From: a virus | Length of the DNA stretch: 64,000 nt | Reading direction: 5' to 3' (one strand) | Virus record (IMG/VR): IMGVR_UViG_3300036770_005462 | Span: 8,103 to 72,102 of that record | Part shown: positions 54,849-64,000 of the stretch, in pieces | Layout of the letters: each line of letters opens with the position of its first letter | Position numbering within the stretch: position 1 is the stretch's first letter | Notes under the pieces: model-generated | Database searches by the model: none | Told to the model about the DNA's origin: nothing | What the model saw: only the letters and a program-made list of their open reading frames with translations | Position numbers and translations under genes: made by a program

Positions 54849-55270
54849 GCCCCATCAGCAGTGGGGAAGTTTCGAGAGACTTGAATTTTGCGATCTTCGA
54901 ACATGTCACTGTTCAGTAGACCGGCAGGCCCCTTGCGATAGATGTTCAATGCAAGGTTGAAAGCAGCGCTCCACTGTGCGCCGGACAACCCGAGTTTCCC
55001 AATGATCGGGTTGGTCTGGCTCCATTCAGAGATCTGGTCGAAGAACGCACGCGATTCATCGCGCTTGTCGAACACAGGTTCGACATCGATCTGTTCAGCG
55101 TCGAGATAGCGCAGCACTTCCATCATGGAGATCTGCAGCGCTTGCTCGTAGCCGGGGCCAAGACCGCCCATTTCGATGGTCCACACGGCTTGGCCGGCGT
55201 CCCACCGGCGCAAGTATTCCTTGACCGTGTCGCCGTACAGTGCACCGGCGTATTCGGGTTCGTGTTTCAT
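54830..55270 (-). CDS. Hypothetical protein (146 aa)
   Basis: ORF only. Confidence 0.4.
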   Translation of the reverse strand: MKHEPEYAGALYGDTVKEYLRRWDAGQAVWTIEMGGLGPGYEQALQISMMEVLRYLDAEQIDVEPVFDKRDESRAFFDQISEWSQTNPIIGKLGLSGAQWSAAFNLALNIYRKGPAGLLNSDMFEDRKIQVSRNFPTADGAWKPTA

Positions 55271-55469
55271 AGCGGTTTCATGGCCTCTTCGTACAGCTGC
55301 CCGTACCGGCGCGGCATGATCTCGCCAGTTTCGCGGTGTTGGGCGATCAGTGGCTCGCCGATGCTTTCACACATCCACGAGCCGTCGTCCATTTTGCGAA
55401 TGAGCTTCACGTGCCGGCCGAGATTGGCAGGCTCTTTCGTCTTGACGACGATCATGACGTCGCCGGGCT

Positions 55470-55946
55470 TCATGGCAGTTCCAGTGCGCGCTGCAGATAC
55501 TTCAGTCCTGCGCCTTCATGATGTCCTTCTGCAGCGGATATGGCTAGATTGATCAGCCGTTTCATTTCTTCTATCTTGCCGCTACGACTGGCTTGTGCCA
55601 TGGCGAGCTGTGCTTTCAGCTGTTCATTTTGCGCTGATAGCTCTTCGTATTCGCCGGACTGTGTCAGCCCTTCGAGGGCGCGTTTCTTCAGCGCCATTTC
55701 GAGTTCCTCGACACGTTCGCGCATTTCCTTGAACTGGACATGCGCTTGATGCACAGTGTCCTTGATGCCGATCAACTGCGTGCGCGTGTCGGCAATCAGG
55801 TCGAGTGCGTCGGCGATGACGGCTTTGTACTCGCCGGCGGTGTAATCGCTCGTTGTTGCCTCGGCCATGCGCTGCATGCGCGACAGCAGCAGACGAGACA
55901 GTGGAACTTCAGTTGGAGCGGGCTTGCTCGGCGAGTCGCTTGGCAT
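55470..55946 (-). CDS. Coiled-coil protein (158 aa)
   Basis: Heptad-rich sequence. Confidence 0.4.
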   Translation of the reverse strand: MPSDSPSKPAPTEVPLSRLLLSRMQRMAEATTSDYTAGEYKAVIADALDLIADTRTQLIGIKDTVHQAHVQFKEMRERVEELEMALKKRALEGLTQSGEYEELSAQNEQLKAQLAMAQASRSGKIEEMKRLINLAISAAEGHHEGAGLKYLQRALELP

Positions 55947-56193
55947 TGAGATACTCCATGTATTCGAGCGTGGCTTTGCGCAGATCCGCGTTGCACAGCA
56001 TCGTGGCGCATGCGCCGGCTTTCATCGTGGTCTCGTAGGCTTGCGCTTGCGGTTGCTGGTCGGCGTAATACAGATCGAGCGTGCCGTCCTCGTTGATGAT
56101 GAGGGCGGCTTGCTTGCCGGCGATGGTGATTGTCTGTTCCCCCGCGTACTGCATGGCCTTGATGGGCCGCTTCTTCTTAGTGCCGGTTGTCAT
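55909..56193 (-). CDS. Hypothetical protein (94 aa)
   Basis: ORF only. Confidence 0.35.
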   Translation of the reverse strand: MTTGTKKKRPIKAMQYAGEQTITIAGKQAALIINEDGTLDLYYADQQPQAQAYETTMKAGACATMLCNADLRKATLEYMEYLNAKRLAEQARSN

Positions 56194-56548
56194 GATCCAC
56201 GTTCATGTTTTCGGGGTACGCGCCGGTTTCTTCGGCCTGCTGCAGCTGCATCGCGATGTGCGCGAGGTTCGCTGCCATGGCCAAGGTGATGTGTGCCGGG
56301 CCAAACGTCATGGTCTGCATCTGGCCGCTGTTCTCTTCGTCGCCGGGGATGTCTTGCACCGTGATCAGCACGCCAGCGCGGAGCTTGGTGAAGTCGAGTT
56401 CCTTCAGCCGTTCGGCGAAGTGATTGGCTTTCTCGCGGCCTTTGTCCTCGTTGCTGAACACTTCGATGTGACGCGAGAGAGTCTGGCTGGCCGGCGGTTC
56501 GGGATGCTCTTCGAGAATGTCGGCGAAGCTCTTGGGCTTGGCGGTCAT
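56177..56548 (-). CDS. Hypothetical acidic protein (123 aa)
   Basis: ORF only. Confidence 0.4.
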   Translation of the reverse strand: MTAKPKSFADILEEHPEPPASQTLSRHIEVFSNEDKGREKANHFAERLKELDFTKLRAGVLITVQDIPGDEENSGQMQTMTFGPAHITLAMAANLAHIAMQLQQAEETGAYPENMNVDHDNRH

Positions 56549-56883
56549 CAGTTCATCGCTCCGGTGGCAATCGAGTTACGACTGTGGGGCTCGGAGATCT
56601 GAGCCTGCATGATTCGCAGGATCAGCATCCGGGTTAGCTCGTTGAGAGTCGACATGGGCCCGAGGCAGTGGGTGTAGACGTCGGTGGGGATGCCGCCTTC
56701 TTCGTCGACGATGTTTTCGTCCGGGTTCTGCCGGACGATCACGGTCAGGATCATGCCTTCGACCATGCTGGGTTCAAGGTTGTTCATGAACTCCTGCAGC
56801 TCCCGCACCTTGTTAGTGGTTGCGGTCCGTGAGTTCAGGTCCTCGTGAACCGAGGACACTTCCTCCAGATTTCCGATGCTCAT
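56548..56883 (-). CDS. Hypothetical protein (111 aa)
   Basis: ORF only. Confidence 0.4.
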   Translation of the reverse strand: MSIGNLEEVSSVHEDLNSRTATTNKVRELQEFMNNLEPSMVEGMILTVIVRQNPDENIVDEEGGIPTDVYTHCLGPMSTLNELTRMLILRIMQAQISEPHSRNSIATGAMN

Positions 56884-56895
56884 TGATGCTCCTTG

Positions 56896-59214
56896 TCATT
56901 GCACTTCTTTTTGGGCTTGTGCGAGCCATGTGGGGTCCGATTTCCAGTCGACTTTGATGCCTCGTACTGATTTCGCACCCGACCACACATAGGTCATGTG
57001 GATCTGCTGGTGCTTCAGATATGAGGTGAATTTGTTCGGTGTTTCAGGGCAATTGCCGACGCAGTAGCGAAAGATCGTCATCAATTCGTCGCGAGTGAGC
57101 TTGTCATGCCCAGTCAGGACGATTTCCTTCATCAGTTCCTGATACTTCAAGGTGATCATCTGCTTCGGGTCGTTAGGGATCAGTCCACCCGGAAGCGTTT
57201 TCATTGGTGCAGTAGGCAGCTGGTCGTAGAAGAACTGCAGGTCGCCGTCGCGTAGCGCACGTGCCACGACTTCTGCAGCCTGCATGTTGGTCTCGATCAG
57301 TTCCTGTCGGCCTTGTGTGTTCAGTGGACGCTTGGCGCGTTCCCGGTCCGCGGGGTATGTCATCCAGAAGCTGTACATCTGGTGCAACTCGCCATCGATC
57401 TGGGCAATCTCTGCTTCCGTGATGTTGATGGCTTTCTTCTGGTAGTTACCTACGTTGAAGCGGCGGTCGTCTTGTGCCACGACAATCGGATCGGGCATGT
57501 TCGACGTGAAGATCATGTTGCAGTAGTTGCGCGCCATATACGGTTCGCGATACATCTTGCGAATGCTGATGTGGGGCTCCACCATCAGGTTCTTCAGCTT
57601 GCTGGTGATCTTGGCCTGCTTCAGCGATGCGCTGGTCTGGATCTCGTCGACCACCACCAAGAAGACGTTCTCGAAAAAGCCGGTGAAGTCCTGTTCCAGT
57701 TCCTCCATCCGCTTCATCGTCATGTTCTGGGCACCAAACAATGGCATCAGGATGCGATTCATCAGCAAGCCTTTGCCAGTGCCCTGCGTCCCATGCAAGA
57801 TCCACCCGGTGTAGGTGCGATCCAAGTACTGGAAGATGCACGCCATCCAGTTGTTGAAGTGGTCGACGATCAGGGGGTCGTCGCCACACACGTGGTGGAT
57901 GATCTTGCTGCAGACGGGCGGCATCTTGCGCGTGGGAGTGAATTCGCCCTTCATGAAGGAGCTGGGGCGATAGACGTTCAGCTTCTGTTCGCGCAGATAC
58001 ACCACGGTGCGGTCGTGTGGATCGAAGATGATCCGCCAGTCCGGTACGAAGTCACCTAGCTCGGTGCCGTGCTGCTTCATGAAGTGGCGCAGTTGAGTCT
58101 CGCTGCGCGCCACACTAATTTCCAGTTCGTCGGTTTCTTGGTCGTACCAGCCGTTCCAGTACTGGGCGCTGTTGAAGTCGCGGAAGGCGAGCAAAATGCG
58201 GGAGTTCTGTTGCTTGGCTTGCAGACGTAGTTGAGCGTAATAGTCGGGTACTAGCTCCTCCGTTTTGTAAACGGGCTCGCCCTTGAAGTTGAAGATGAAT
58301 TCGGGGTTGTTCTCGTGGTGCCAGTAGGCGAAGCTGTCACCGCCGTTCAGGTTCAGGTAGACGAAGCCTCGTTCGTGCTTGACGCCTGTCACCACCGCGG
58401 TGTCAGGTTTCGCCATGTATTCGATGGTGTTCTCGACCTTGTACTGGGACGCTCGGCGCTTGGGCAGGTTGGCGTTCTTGCGCAGCTCGTTGATCCGGTC
58501 GTCGATCATCTGTCGAATGGCGGTGGCGCTGGGGATCATTTCAGGCAGGGCGAGGGATGCCTTGGCCTTCTTCACCACTGTGATACGGTTTGGGCCCAGC
58601 GGGTCAGCGATGCCTTCCAGCTGGGGCGGGGCGATGTAGATCAGCTTGTCGTTCTGGCACGTGGTGATGTCGAGCGGCCAGATCAGGGCGCAGCCGGTCT
58701 TGGTAAGCCGGGTGTCGCGGCGCAGCACGTCCAGTGTCAGGTTCTTGTACTGCAGGAACTGCTTCAGCAGGGCTGGGTGGTAGGGCTGGTCAAAGTGCAC
58801 GAACACGTGGCAGCGCAGGCCGGTGGACGAAGGGTCGATGCCGTGGCTGGCGCTGTACTGGGCAACGTAGGAGACGTCGCCAAAGCCCATGTCCTGCATG
58901 AAGAAGTCCGGACTGGCGTAGCCGGCTCCGTCCAGATCGAAACAGCCCCACGCTGTAATCTGGTTGGCGTCGGTTGAGCCAGCCCGGGATTCGGAATTCA
59001 GGGGCGTTGCAAGCAGCCCCTTCAGGAGGCAGTGACCTTGGTCACCGTGCACCTTGATCAGTACAGCAAGGTCATCAAGGGTAGGGGCGGACTCTTCGAA
59101 CGAGGTGAAAGCGTACGCGTTGGGATACGCGGTTTTACTGATAGTGCCATCGGGCAGGCGGCGGTAGGACTTGACCAGCGGAGTCTCGCTGGCCTTCAGG
59201 AAGACCAATTTCAT
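56896..59214 (-). CDS. Primase-helicase (primase/polymerase-like N-terminal region + P-loop NTPase/helicase C-terminal region)
   Basis: 772 aa. The C-terminal half has Walker A LHGTQGTGKGLLMN and a downstream Walker B-like VVVDEIQ, consistent with a D5/SF3-type or DnaB-like helicase fused to an N-terminal primase-like region. Confidence 0.6.
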   Translation of the reverse strand: MKLVFLKASETPLVKSYRRLPDGTISKTAYPNAYAFTSFEESAPTLDDLAVLIKVHGDQGHCLLKGLLATPLNSESRAGSTDANQITAWGCFDLDGAGYASPDFFMQDMGFGDVSYVAQYSASHGIDPSSTGLRCHVFVHFDQPYHPALLKQFLQYKNLTLDVLRRDTRLTKTGCALIWPLDITTCQNDKLIYIAPPQLEGIADPLGPNRITVVKKAKASLALPEMIPSATAIRQMIDDRINELRKNANLPKRRASQYKVENTIEYMAKPDTAVVTGVKHERGFVYLNLNGGDSFAYWHHENNPEFIFNFKGEPVYKTEELVPDYYAQLRLQAKQQNSRILLAFRDFNSAQYWNGWYDQETDELEISVARSETQLRHFMKQHGTELGDFVPDWRIIFDPHDRTVVYLREQKLNVYRPSSFMKGEFTPTRKMPPVCSKIIHHVCGDDPLIVDHFNNWMACIFQYLDRTYTGWILHGTQGTGKGLLMNRILMPLFGAQNMTMKRMEELEQDFTGFFENVFLVVVDEIQTSASLKQAKITSKLKNLMVEPHISIRKMYREPYMARNYCNMIFTSNMPDPIVVAQDDRRFNVGNYQKKAINITEAEIAQIDGELHQMYSFWMTYPADRERAKRPLNTQGRQELIETNMQAAEVVARALRDGDLQFFYDQLPTAPMKTLPGGLIPNDPKQMITLKYQELMKEIVLTGHDKLTRDELMTIFRYCVGNCPETPNKFTSYLKHQQIHMTYVWSGAKSVRGIKVDWKSDPTWLAQAQKEVQ

Positions 59215-59524
59215 GGCAGGTTCAGTGGGGTTGGACTACCGCCAGTTTAGGAGAAAACGAGGGTCTTATGTGAGAAGCGTCTGTTGGGACTTTTTCGATT
59301 CTCACAAAAAGATTGAGATGCAGATTTTTTGCTAGGAAACCGCTGTGAGGATTCTCGAAATGAGATGCACCTAACCCCTTGATTCCTTTACTCTCTCTTA
59401 TTCTCTCATCTTAAAGTAAGAAAAAAGTAACAAAAGAAGAAGAAGAAGAAAGGAGAAGAGAAAGAAGAGATATATATAAAGGATAGGAAGGGGGGTTTTG
59501 TGTGGGATTTTTCGAGACTCAGAC
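59215..59524. other. AT-rich about 300-bp intergenic region with a pyrimidine tract, an 80-bp purine tract including (GAA)5 and ATATATATA, and short repeated TTTCGAGA/GAGATGCA motifs; candidate origin or early promoter region
   Basis: Directly visible in the sequence. It contrasts strongly with the GC-rich surroundings. It lies immediately upstream of the primase-helicase gene. Confidence 0.5.
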
Positions 59525-59950
59525 CTACGGGTTTTCCCGCGGTTGGGTCATTCTCGCCAACAGGTCTCGCGCTTGGGCGACGACTTCTTCGGTGGGTTCC
59601 TGATCCGGATCGTCGTTCGTAGTGGCCTGTTCGACCGCCTGTTTCAGCAGTCCGAAGATGATCTTGTTGCGCAAGGCATCCATGATTTTCTTGTCCTTGT
59701 TGACGACACCGGTGCAGAACTCCAACAGGTAGTCGTCGGCGAGGTCGTCAAACAGGGCACGCAGCTTCGGACGGTGCTCCGTCCGGCATTCGTCGTGACC
59801 GCAGTCGTGCGACTCGATGATGGTTTCGATGACCCCGGCGGTTTTCATGACGCCGCTGTACAGAATGGGGTACTTGATGGCGATCTCCGCCATGCTCAGT
59901 TTGGGCAACTCTTTGCCGTCGTTCCGTTCGAATTCCATGTGGTGTCCCAT
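59525..59950 (-). CDS. Hypothetical acidic protein (141 aa)
   Basis: ORF only. Confidence 0.4.
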   Translation of the reverse strand: MGHHMEFERNDGKELPKLSMAEIAIKYPILYSGVMKTAGVIETIIESHDCGHDECRTEHRPKLRALFDDLADDYLLEFCTGVVNKDKKIMDALRNKIIFGLLKQAVEQATTNDDPDQEPTEEVVAQARDLLARMTQPRENP

Positions 59951-60013
59951 GTGGCCCGGGGCCTGTGAAGGAAATGGGTCAGGGGTGGTCAGCCCCTGAC
60001 CCGCCTGCTGTGG

Positions 60014-61150
60014 TTACAGCTTGTCTTCAGCCATGTCCTTGATGCCGCCAAGGTCGACGCCGGTTTCTCGGTCGCGTCGTGCCTGTGCTGCCTTCAGGCG
60101 CTTCTGCAACTGACCCATCTGGGTCTTCACTTCCTTGAACGAGGCGCAATGCTCCTTGACCCAAGCGTCCAGCAGGATCAGCGCGAGTTCGCTGATCATG
60201 AGGTCGGTCATGAGCTTGTCGCGCAGATCTCCTTCGGGCAGACCTGACAGGGTGATTCTGATCTTGCCGGTCTGGGGTGCGACGGAACTCGCGATGTTGT
60301 TGCGCACCCGCAGGATCATCGATTCCTGCATTTCCCGCGGGAGCTTGTTCCAGCCGTTCGCGCTGGGGGCGATGGTCATGCCATCGATCTCGGAGAGCAC
60401 GTCGGCCATGCGGTTGAGGGCTTCGCCTGCGAACCGTTGCCGCTTGCGCAGTTCGTTGGCCAGCGCTTCTTCCTCGCTCGCATTGAACTGCTTCGCGTTT
60501 TCCTTGATCTGCGTCTGCTTGGCCGCGCTCGGGAGCTTGTTGTTCTCGATGCGGTTGCGCAGGGCCGACTCAGCGCTGACGAACTTGAGCGCGAGGTCGG
60601 GGATGCCGCGGTACAGGATGTCCTGACGGCGGGGCAGGTGAGCGTTCTGGCTTTCGACCCCTTCGTACAGGTATGTCCGGGCTTCCTCGCAGGCGAGGGC
60701 AATTTCGAGCGGCTTCAGCGCGGGGGTGAACCCCATGTCTTCGGTCGCGTGGTCGTGCTGTTCCTCGCCGCGGTGCTTCTCATCGCGTTCGTTGCGCTGG
60801 TCGAGCGTGGGCACGCTACCCTTGACGGGCGTGCGGGTGGTGCTACCGAGGTCGGTGCCCGGGATTTCCTGCATGTTGTTCTTCACATGCAAGTCGAGTT
60901 GGAAGACCATCTGGCCGGTGAGCTGGTTGCACATCTTGGTGGCCAGCAGTTGGCCTTCCTCGGTGTGCATGTGCTCGTCCAGCAAGTCGAAGAAGTTGGC
61001 GTGGATCGTCGGAGCCGGCTCTTCGCTGAAGCTTTCCGGCTGGTTTTTGCTAGCGGATTGCACCGCCGCTGCCATGGTGGTGGGCGCGGGGTAGTCGCCG
61101 CTGATCGTTCCGGCAGGGACTTGGATTGTGCGTGGTTCACGGGTGGTCAT
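60014..61150 (-). CDS. Hypothetical protein (378 aa)
   Basis: Long ORF with a charged C-terminal half. Confidence 0.45.
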   Translation of the reverse strand: MTTREPRTIQVPAGTISGDYPAPTTMAAAVQSASKNQPESFSEEPAPTIHANFFDLLDEHMHTEEGQLLATKMCNQLTGQMVFQLDLHVKNNMQEIPGTDLGSTTRTPVKGSVPTLDQRNERDEKHRGEEQHDHATEDMGFTPALKPLEIALACEEARTYLYEGVESQNAHLPRRQDILYRGIPDLALKFVSAESALRNRIENNKLPSAAKQTQIKENAKQFNASEEEALANELRKRQRFAGEALNRMADVLSEIDGMTIAPSANGWNKLPREMQESMILRVRNNIASSVAPQTGKIRITLSGLPEGDLRDKLMTDLMISELALILLDAWVKEHCASFKEVKTQMGQLQKRLKAAQARRDRETGVDLGGIKDMAEDKL

Positions 61151-61597
61151 CGTCGATTTCCTTTTGGTTTACGGTTTGCGTGTGGATGAAGAACAGGTTG
61201 ATTTCGAGTTGTGTCAGTCCTAGTAACAGCAGTCGCTGGGTCATTTCCTCCTTGCAGGCACATCGATCTTCAGGGGTAATGAGTTCCATGGGTTCAGGTT
61301 CCCCATCGTCGTTGAAACCCATTTCGTCGGAAAGAATCCGTATTGCCATCTAGCTCCCCTTGTCTAGAGATAGGCACCGTGCCTACCTCACCCGCCGCGA
61401 TTCGCAAGCCGCCAACGGCGGCATGGGTCAATACTCTCCATGTTCAAGGTAACGCTTGCAGCGTTCGCAGTTGGCCCATTCATGGAGTCGTTCCCAGTCG
61501 GAATTGAATTGGCCATTGATCATCATGGGCACGTATTGCATTGCCCACATGGCGTAGCTTCTCCTGATGAAGAGAAGAATGAGAATGAGGTAGTTGA

Positions 61598-61918
61598 TCA
61601 TTCGAACTCCGCGTTTCTTCCTGACAGCAGATAGATTAGTTGGCACAACTCGTAGCCATCGATCTGGTGGATGATTTGACTATCGGTGCTGTTACCCATT
61701 GCATTGCGAATCAAGCGACGCATATCGCGAGCGATGTTGTCGAGCACGATGTCGTATGACCGCGAGATTTCGGGCGATTTGCTTGGCAGGTACTGCACTG
61801 TTTCGAGGTACATCTGGGCCATGGCTTGCAGCGCGGCGATGACCTTGACTTGTTCGATGTCGTGCGTGCGGTCGGCGTGAAATTGCAGTAGTAGTGTGGA
61901 CATGGCGGTGGCTCTCAC
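61598..61918 (-). CDS. Hypothetical protein (106 aa)
   Basis: ORF only. Confidence 0.35.
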   Translation of the reverse strand: MRATAMSTLLLQFHADRTHDIEQVKVIAALQAMAQMYLETVQYLPSKSPEISRSYDIVLDNIARDMRRLIRNAMGNSTDSQIIHQIDGYELCQLIYLLSGRNAEFE

Positions 61919-61948
61919 ATGAAAAAGGGGGCACGTGGCCCCCTTGGT

Positions 61949-62227
61949 TTAGTTGACGATGCGCGGCAGGTCGCCGCTGCCTCTGTTGGTGTTGGCCGGA
62001 TGTTGCTGGCCTTCGAAGTCGATGTGCAGGATGTTGGTCTCGTGCCGTTTGCACCAGACTTGCAGCCCGTGGTCAGTCCAGCCCGCTTCGATCTGCGCCC
62101 AATCGCGCGGGCTTATGTTGGCTGGCTTGTCTTCCATGCATTGGGCGCAGTGGAAGAATAGCTTGATATGGTTGTTAGCCATACACGATGTCGCAGCGGA
62201 TGCCGCTGGGCGCATACGCCGTGGCAT
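61949..62227 (-). CDS. Small zinc-finger protein (CAQC...C-x-R-H)
   Basis: Cys pattern. Confidence 0.35.
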   Translation of the reverse strand: MPRRMRPAASAATSCMANNHIKLFFHCAQCMEDKPANISPRDWAQIEAGWTDHGLQVWCKRHETNILHIDFEGQQHPANTNRGSGDLPRIVN

Positions 62228-62588
62228 AGCGCGAGAGCGGGCCGAAACTGTCGCGTTCGCCGTCTTGCCAGCGCACGATCTCGAAGCCTTTGGCTTCGAG
62301 CTTGGGCGTCAGCACATCGCGTTCGAATTCGCGATAGTTGTCGTGCAAGTCGTCCGGCTCTTCGTAGTCAGGCAGGATTTTGTAGATCGCGACTCCGATC
62401 ACGTTGCGGACGCTTTCGGCTGCGCGCCGGTCGGTCAACGCCTTTGGCAGCACGTCCGCGCGCCGACGGCGACGTGTTGACGTCAGCTTGCGGGCTGACC
62501 AGACGCGCTTCTGTTTCTTGCGTTGCTGGAATGCGGCTTGCGCTGCTATCCGCCGTGCTTTGTTGCGTTGTGTATTGGCTACGGGCAT
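62175..62588 (-). CDS. Hypothetical protein with an Arg-rich N-terminus (137 aa; the true start may be internal)
   Basis: ORF only. Overlaps the ORF at 62368..62877. Confidence 0.3.
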   Translation of the reverse strand: MPVANTQRNKARRIAAQAAFQQRKKQKRVWSARKLTSTRRRRRADVLPKALTDRRAAESVRNVIGVAIYKILPDYEEPDDLHDNYREFERDVLTPKLEAKGFEIVRWQDGERDSFGPLSRYATAYAPSGIRCDIVYG

Positions 62589-62904
62589 TCAGCTTCTCCT
62601 TCTGGATGATGCGGCCTTGAAGGACGCGGAGTATCCGTGTCAGCCGCATGTCGGTGGGGTTCATGGTGGTGATGGCGTCTGCTGCTAGCTCGTACAAGCT
62701 GGGTACGTCCTTGTCTTTGGTTTTCATGCGAGTCCTTTCGCATTGCCATGCGAGTAGTGCCAGCGTCCCGTGTTCCACGGCTTCGATGACGATGACTGTG
62801 GCGAATGGGTTCATGTCCCATGCCTCCCTGTGGTTGGCCTTAAACCGTGAGCGGGCGGGCGAGCCCACCCAACTCACGGCGATTCGCTGCCTGCCAACGG
62901 CAGG

Positions 62905-63342
62905 CTAGCGGTTGAGGGATGCGAGTTTGCGACGAATGTCGCGCGCATTCGGGTTGTGGGCCGGGCCGTATTGCACGACGCGGCTGATGCGCCAACTGAA
63001 GGCGCGGTAGTCGTACATGGCGTCGACCAATGGGTCGAGCGTTTCTTTGCCGAGGTCGAGGACGATCTTGCCTTCACGGGCGAGGTCGTGCATGTCTTGG
63101 CTCGGCGTGTACGGGGGTTGCCGATCCAGCACAAGGCGAATCATGCTGATCGCGATTTCGCGAGTGGTGGCTAGGCTGCTCATCATTTGATCCTCACTAG
63201 GGCTTGCCGCCAGTCGGCGATGTGCCCGGGGTAGTACTTGCCTTTGTCGATGTACCCCACCGACCAGCGTGCGGCGCTGGTCATGGCGGAGACCATGAAG
63301 CCTGCAACGGCAGCGGCCATGATTCCGCTGAATGTGCCCCAA
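62905..63342 (-). CDS. Hypothetical protein (145 aa)
   Basis: ORF only. Confidence 0.35.
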   Translation of the reverse strand: MGHIQRNHGRCRCRLHGLRHDQRRTLVGGVHRQRQVLPRAHRRLAASPSEDQMMSSLATTREIAISMIRLVLDRQPPYTPSQDMHDLAREGKIVLDLGKETLDPLVDAMYDYRAFSWRISRVVQYGPAHNPNARDIRRKLASLNR

Positions 63343-63482
63343 TGCAGGATGTAGGCGATAACGCTCGCGGCCACGTCAAGGACGAGTGGCCAGCCAAGCG
63401 CATACAGGATGGTGCTGCGGGGCAGCTTCCAGAAGAGGAAGCAGAAGCCCAAGAAGATGATGACGCCTGATTCAATGATCAT
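63183..63482 (-). CDS. Small membrane protein (99 aa)
   Basis: Hydrophobic throughout. Confidence 0.35.
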   Translation of the reverse strand: MIIESGVIIFLGFCFLFWKLPRSTILYALGWPLVLDVAASVIAYILHWGTFSGIMAAAVAGFMVSAMTSAARWSVGYIDKGKYYPGHIADWRQALVRIK

Positions 63483-63575
63483 GCGGTTTGCTCCTAGTGT
63501 GAGTTGTCCCGTGTGATCCGGGCCTCCGCAGTGAAAGCAGGCCCGATATACCGGGCCTGCCTAGAACTGCGAGGG

Positions 63576-63917
63576 TTAGATCTGGGGAACGAAGTCGCCT
63601 TCGCGGACGACGGTGCCGTCGCTCATGGTGGCGATGATTTTGGGTTCGCGTTTGAATTTGCCCGCAATGTTCTTGCGGAACGCGTTGAACGCCTCGACGG
63701 AGCCTTTGATGCGAACGGTGATCCGTTCGCCCGCGCGCTCGTCGTACGCGAGCCAAGCGGCAGCGAGGGCGAGCACGGCGCTCACGAGCCAGAGGCCGAC
63801 GGTGAGCATCCAGCCGAAGACTTCGACGGCCGCGATCAGCATCATGATCGAGAGCGCGATGTTAATAATCGCCGATGCGATGGACAGGGCGAGGGAGACG
63901 GCGTGTTGGGTTTTCAT
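63576..63917 (-). CDS. Membrane protein (113 aa, 2-3 TM) with a soluble C-terminal domain
   Basis: Hydrophobic N-terminal 60 aa. Confidence 0.4.
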   Translation of the reverse strand: MKTQHAVSLALSIASAIINIALSIMMLIAAVEVFGWMLTVGLWLVSAVLALAAAWLAYDERAGERITVRIKGSVEAFNAFRKNIAGKFKREPKIIATMSDGTVVREGDFVPQI

Positions 63918-64000
63918 GAAGCGTCCTTTCGGAGTGGGATGGAAATGGGGGGCTTGGCCCCCCGGGTTGGTGTTACGACTGCGGTTTCTGCGCGCTGCCT

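Noticed and set aside
62368-62877. 169-aa minus ORF overlapping the Arg-rich start of 62175..62588
   Set aside because: Its C-terminal third reads as reverse-frame translation of the neighbour's Arg-rich region. The real gene is likely shorter, or the neighbour starts internally. This cannot be resolved without homologs.
1-64000. CRISPR arrays, IS elements/transposases, toxin-antitoxin pairs, rRNA
   Set aside because: No spacer-repeat periodicity and no transposase, integrase or rRNA-like sequence was seen. The only tandem repeats are the in-gene 42-bp and 6-bp repeats and the GAA/AT tracts.

Overview
This window reads as a contiguous piece of a tailed dsDNA phage genome, either lytic or a prophage interior. 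It comes from a high-GC host (about 60-65% GC by eye). No integrase or host housekeeping gene is visible. The genome is organised as two convergent transcriptional arms. Positions 1..29860 on the + strand hold a late/structural module. In order it contains a 5'-truncated major-capsid-like gene and a small highly expressed partner gene followed by a strong terminator. Next come a run of small virion proteins and three consecutive fibre-like genes sharing a C-terminal module; the third is a 1209-aa protein built from about 40 tandem 14-aa acidic repeats. After these sit a holin-like gene, a lambda-R-like (GH104) lytic transglycosylase with a C-terminal double transmembrane (TM) anchor, a free-standing HNH homing endonuclease, further large virion proteins, a coiled-coil protein, a Gly-rich 896-aa protein, a 2039-aa giant virion protein and a small GNAT acetyltransferase. 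A bidirectional rho-independent terminator at about 29.9 kb separates this arm from the -strand arm (29930..64000). That arm carries early/replication genes: a tRNA-like element, a TraR/DksA zinc finger, dNMP kinase, DnaQ-like exonuclease, family-A DNA polymerase, SF2 helicase, Cas4-like PD-(D/E)xK nuclease, a MoxR AAA+ ATPase with a VWA-metallopeptidase partner, and a primase-helicase. It also holds an unusual block containing an SPFH/band-7 operon with a pilin-like peptide, two tandem classical AAA+ unfoldases (one PAN/ARC-like), and many small membrane or basic proteins. The signals I think are most worth following up are the repeat fibre and shared fibre module, the membrane-anchored transglycosylase, the AAA-AAA plus SPFH block, the aberrant tRNA-like element and an about 300-bp AT-rich purine/pyrimidine tract upstream of the primase-helicase. 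All functional calls come from motifs read by eye; no database search was possible.
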